64,000 nucleotides of DNA, from sequence record SRR20825019_1298; one strand, given 5' to 3'. The notes beneath the pieces are model-generated. The model was not told the DNA's origin. It worked only from the letters and a program-made list of their open reading frames with translations, and did no database searches. The position numbers and the translations under genes were made by a program. Within the stretch, counting starts at the first letter, position 1. The number at the start of each line of letters is the position of its first letter. Below, one piece after another: positions 63,858 through 64,000 of this stretch.

Positions 63858-64000
63858 CTTTTGTCTCCTCGCGTTCTTCACGCCTCTATCGGTTGTGATC
63901 CCGCTTAAATCATGTTGGGGATAGACCCTATATTGGAATACGTATCTGGATAGTAATTGACAAAATATGCAGCTTAGGTATTCATATTTGAATTGGTCAT

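Noticed and set aside
63964-63988. LysR-like T-N11-A site upstream of the TPR gene
   Set aside because: Motif too degenerate, and any regulator would lie outside the window.

Overview
Chromosomal window from an alphaproteobacterium, probably marine and Kordiimonas-like (inferred from gene content and order). No rRNA, tRNA, CRISPR array, prophage or IS element is visible. Contents: (i) 1-2600, a His/Asp/Glu-rich ZnuD-like TonB-dependent receptor, truncated by the window edge and missing from the ORF track, preceded by two tandem DUF2946-like leader ORFs and a sigma70 promoter carrying a Zur-like box; (ii) about 4.5-28 kb, a large acyl-CoA/lipid catabolism cluster; (iii) about 30-55 kb, mostly housekeeping genes (pdxH, fabI, aroC, rlmD, tlyA, dxs, ispA, xseB, sua5, mnmC); (iv) 55-64 kb, a peptidase-NatAB-ECF sigma module, a divergent EF-G paralog, HMG-CoA lyase and a secreted TPR protein. 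Best candidate for a new system: a two-step ribosome-arrest cascade (RGPP leader, then RAPP leader, then zinc-type receptor). In each step the bases just after the arrest motif can pair with the initiation region of the next gene. Second candidate: an unannotated sigma54-dependent sRNA of about 90 nt (50361-50450, minus strand) with two identical hairpin loops and IHF/enhancer architecture upstream. All RNA structures and regulatory sites were found by eye and are untested predictions.
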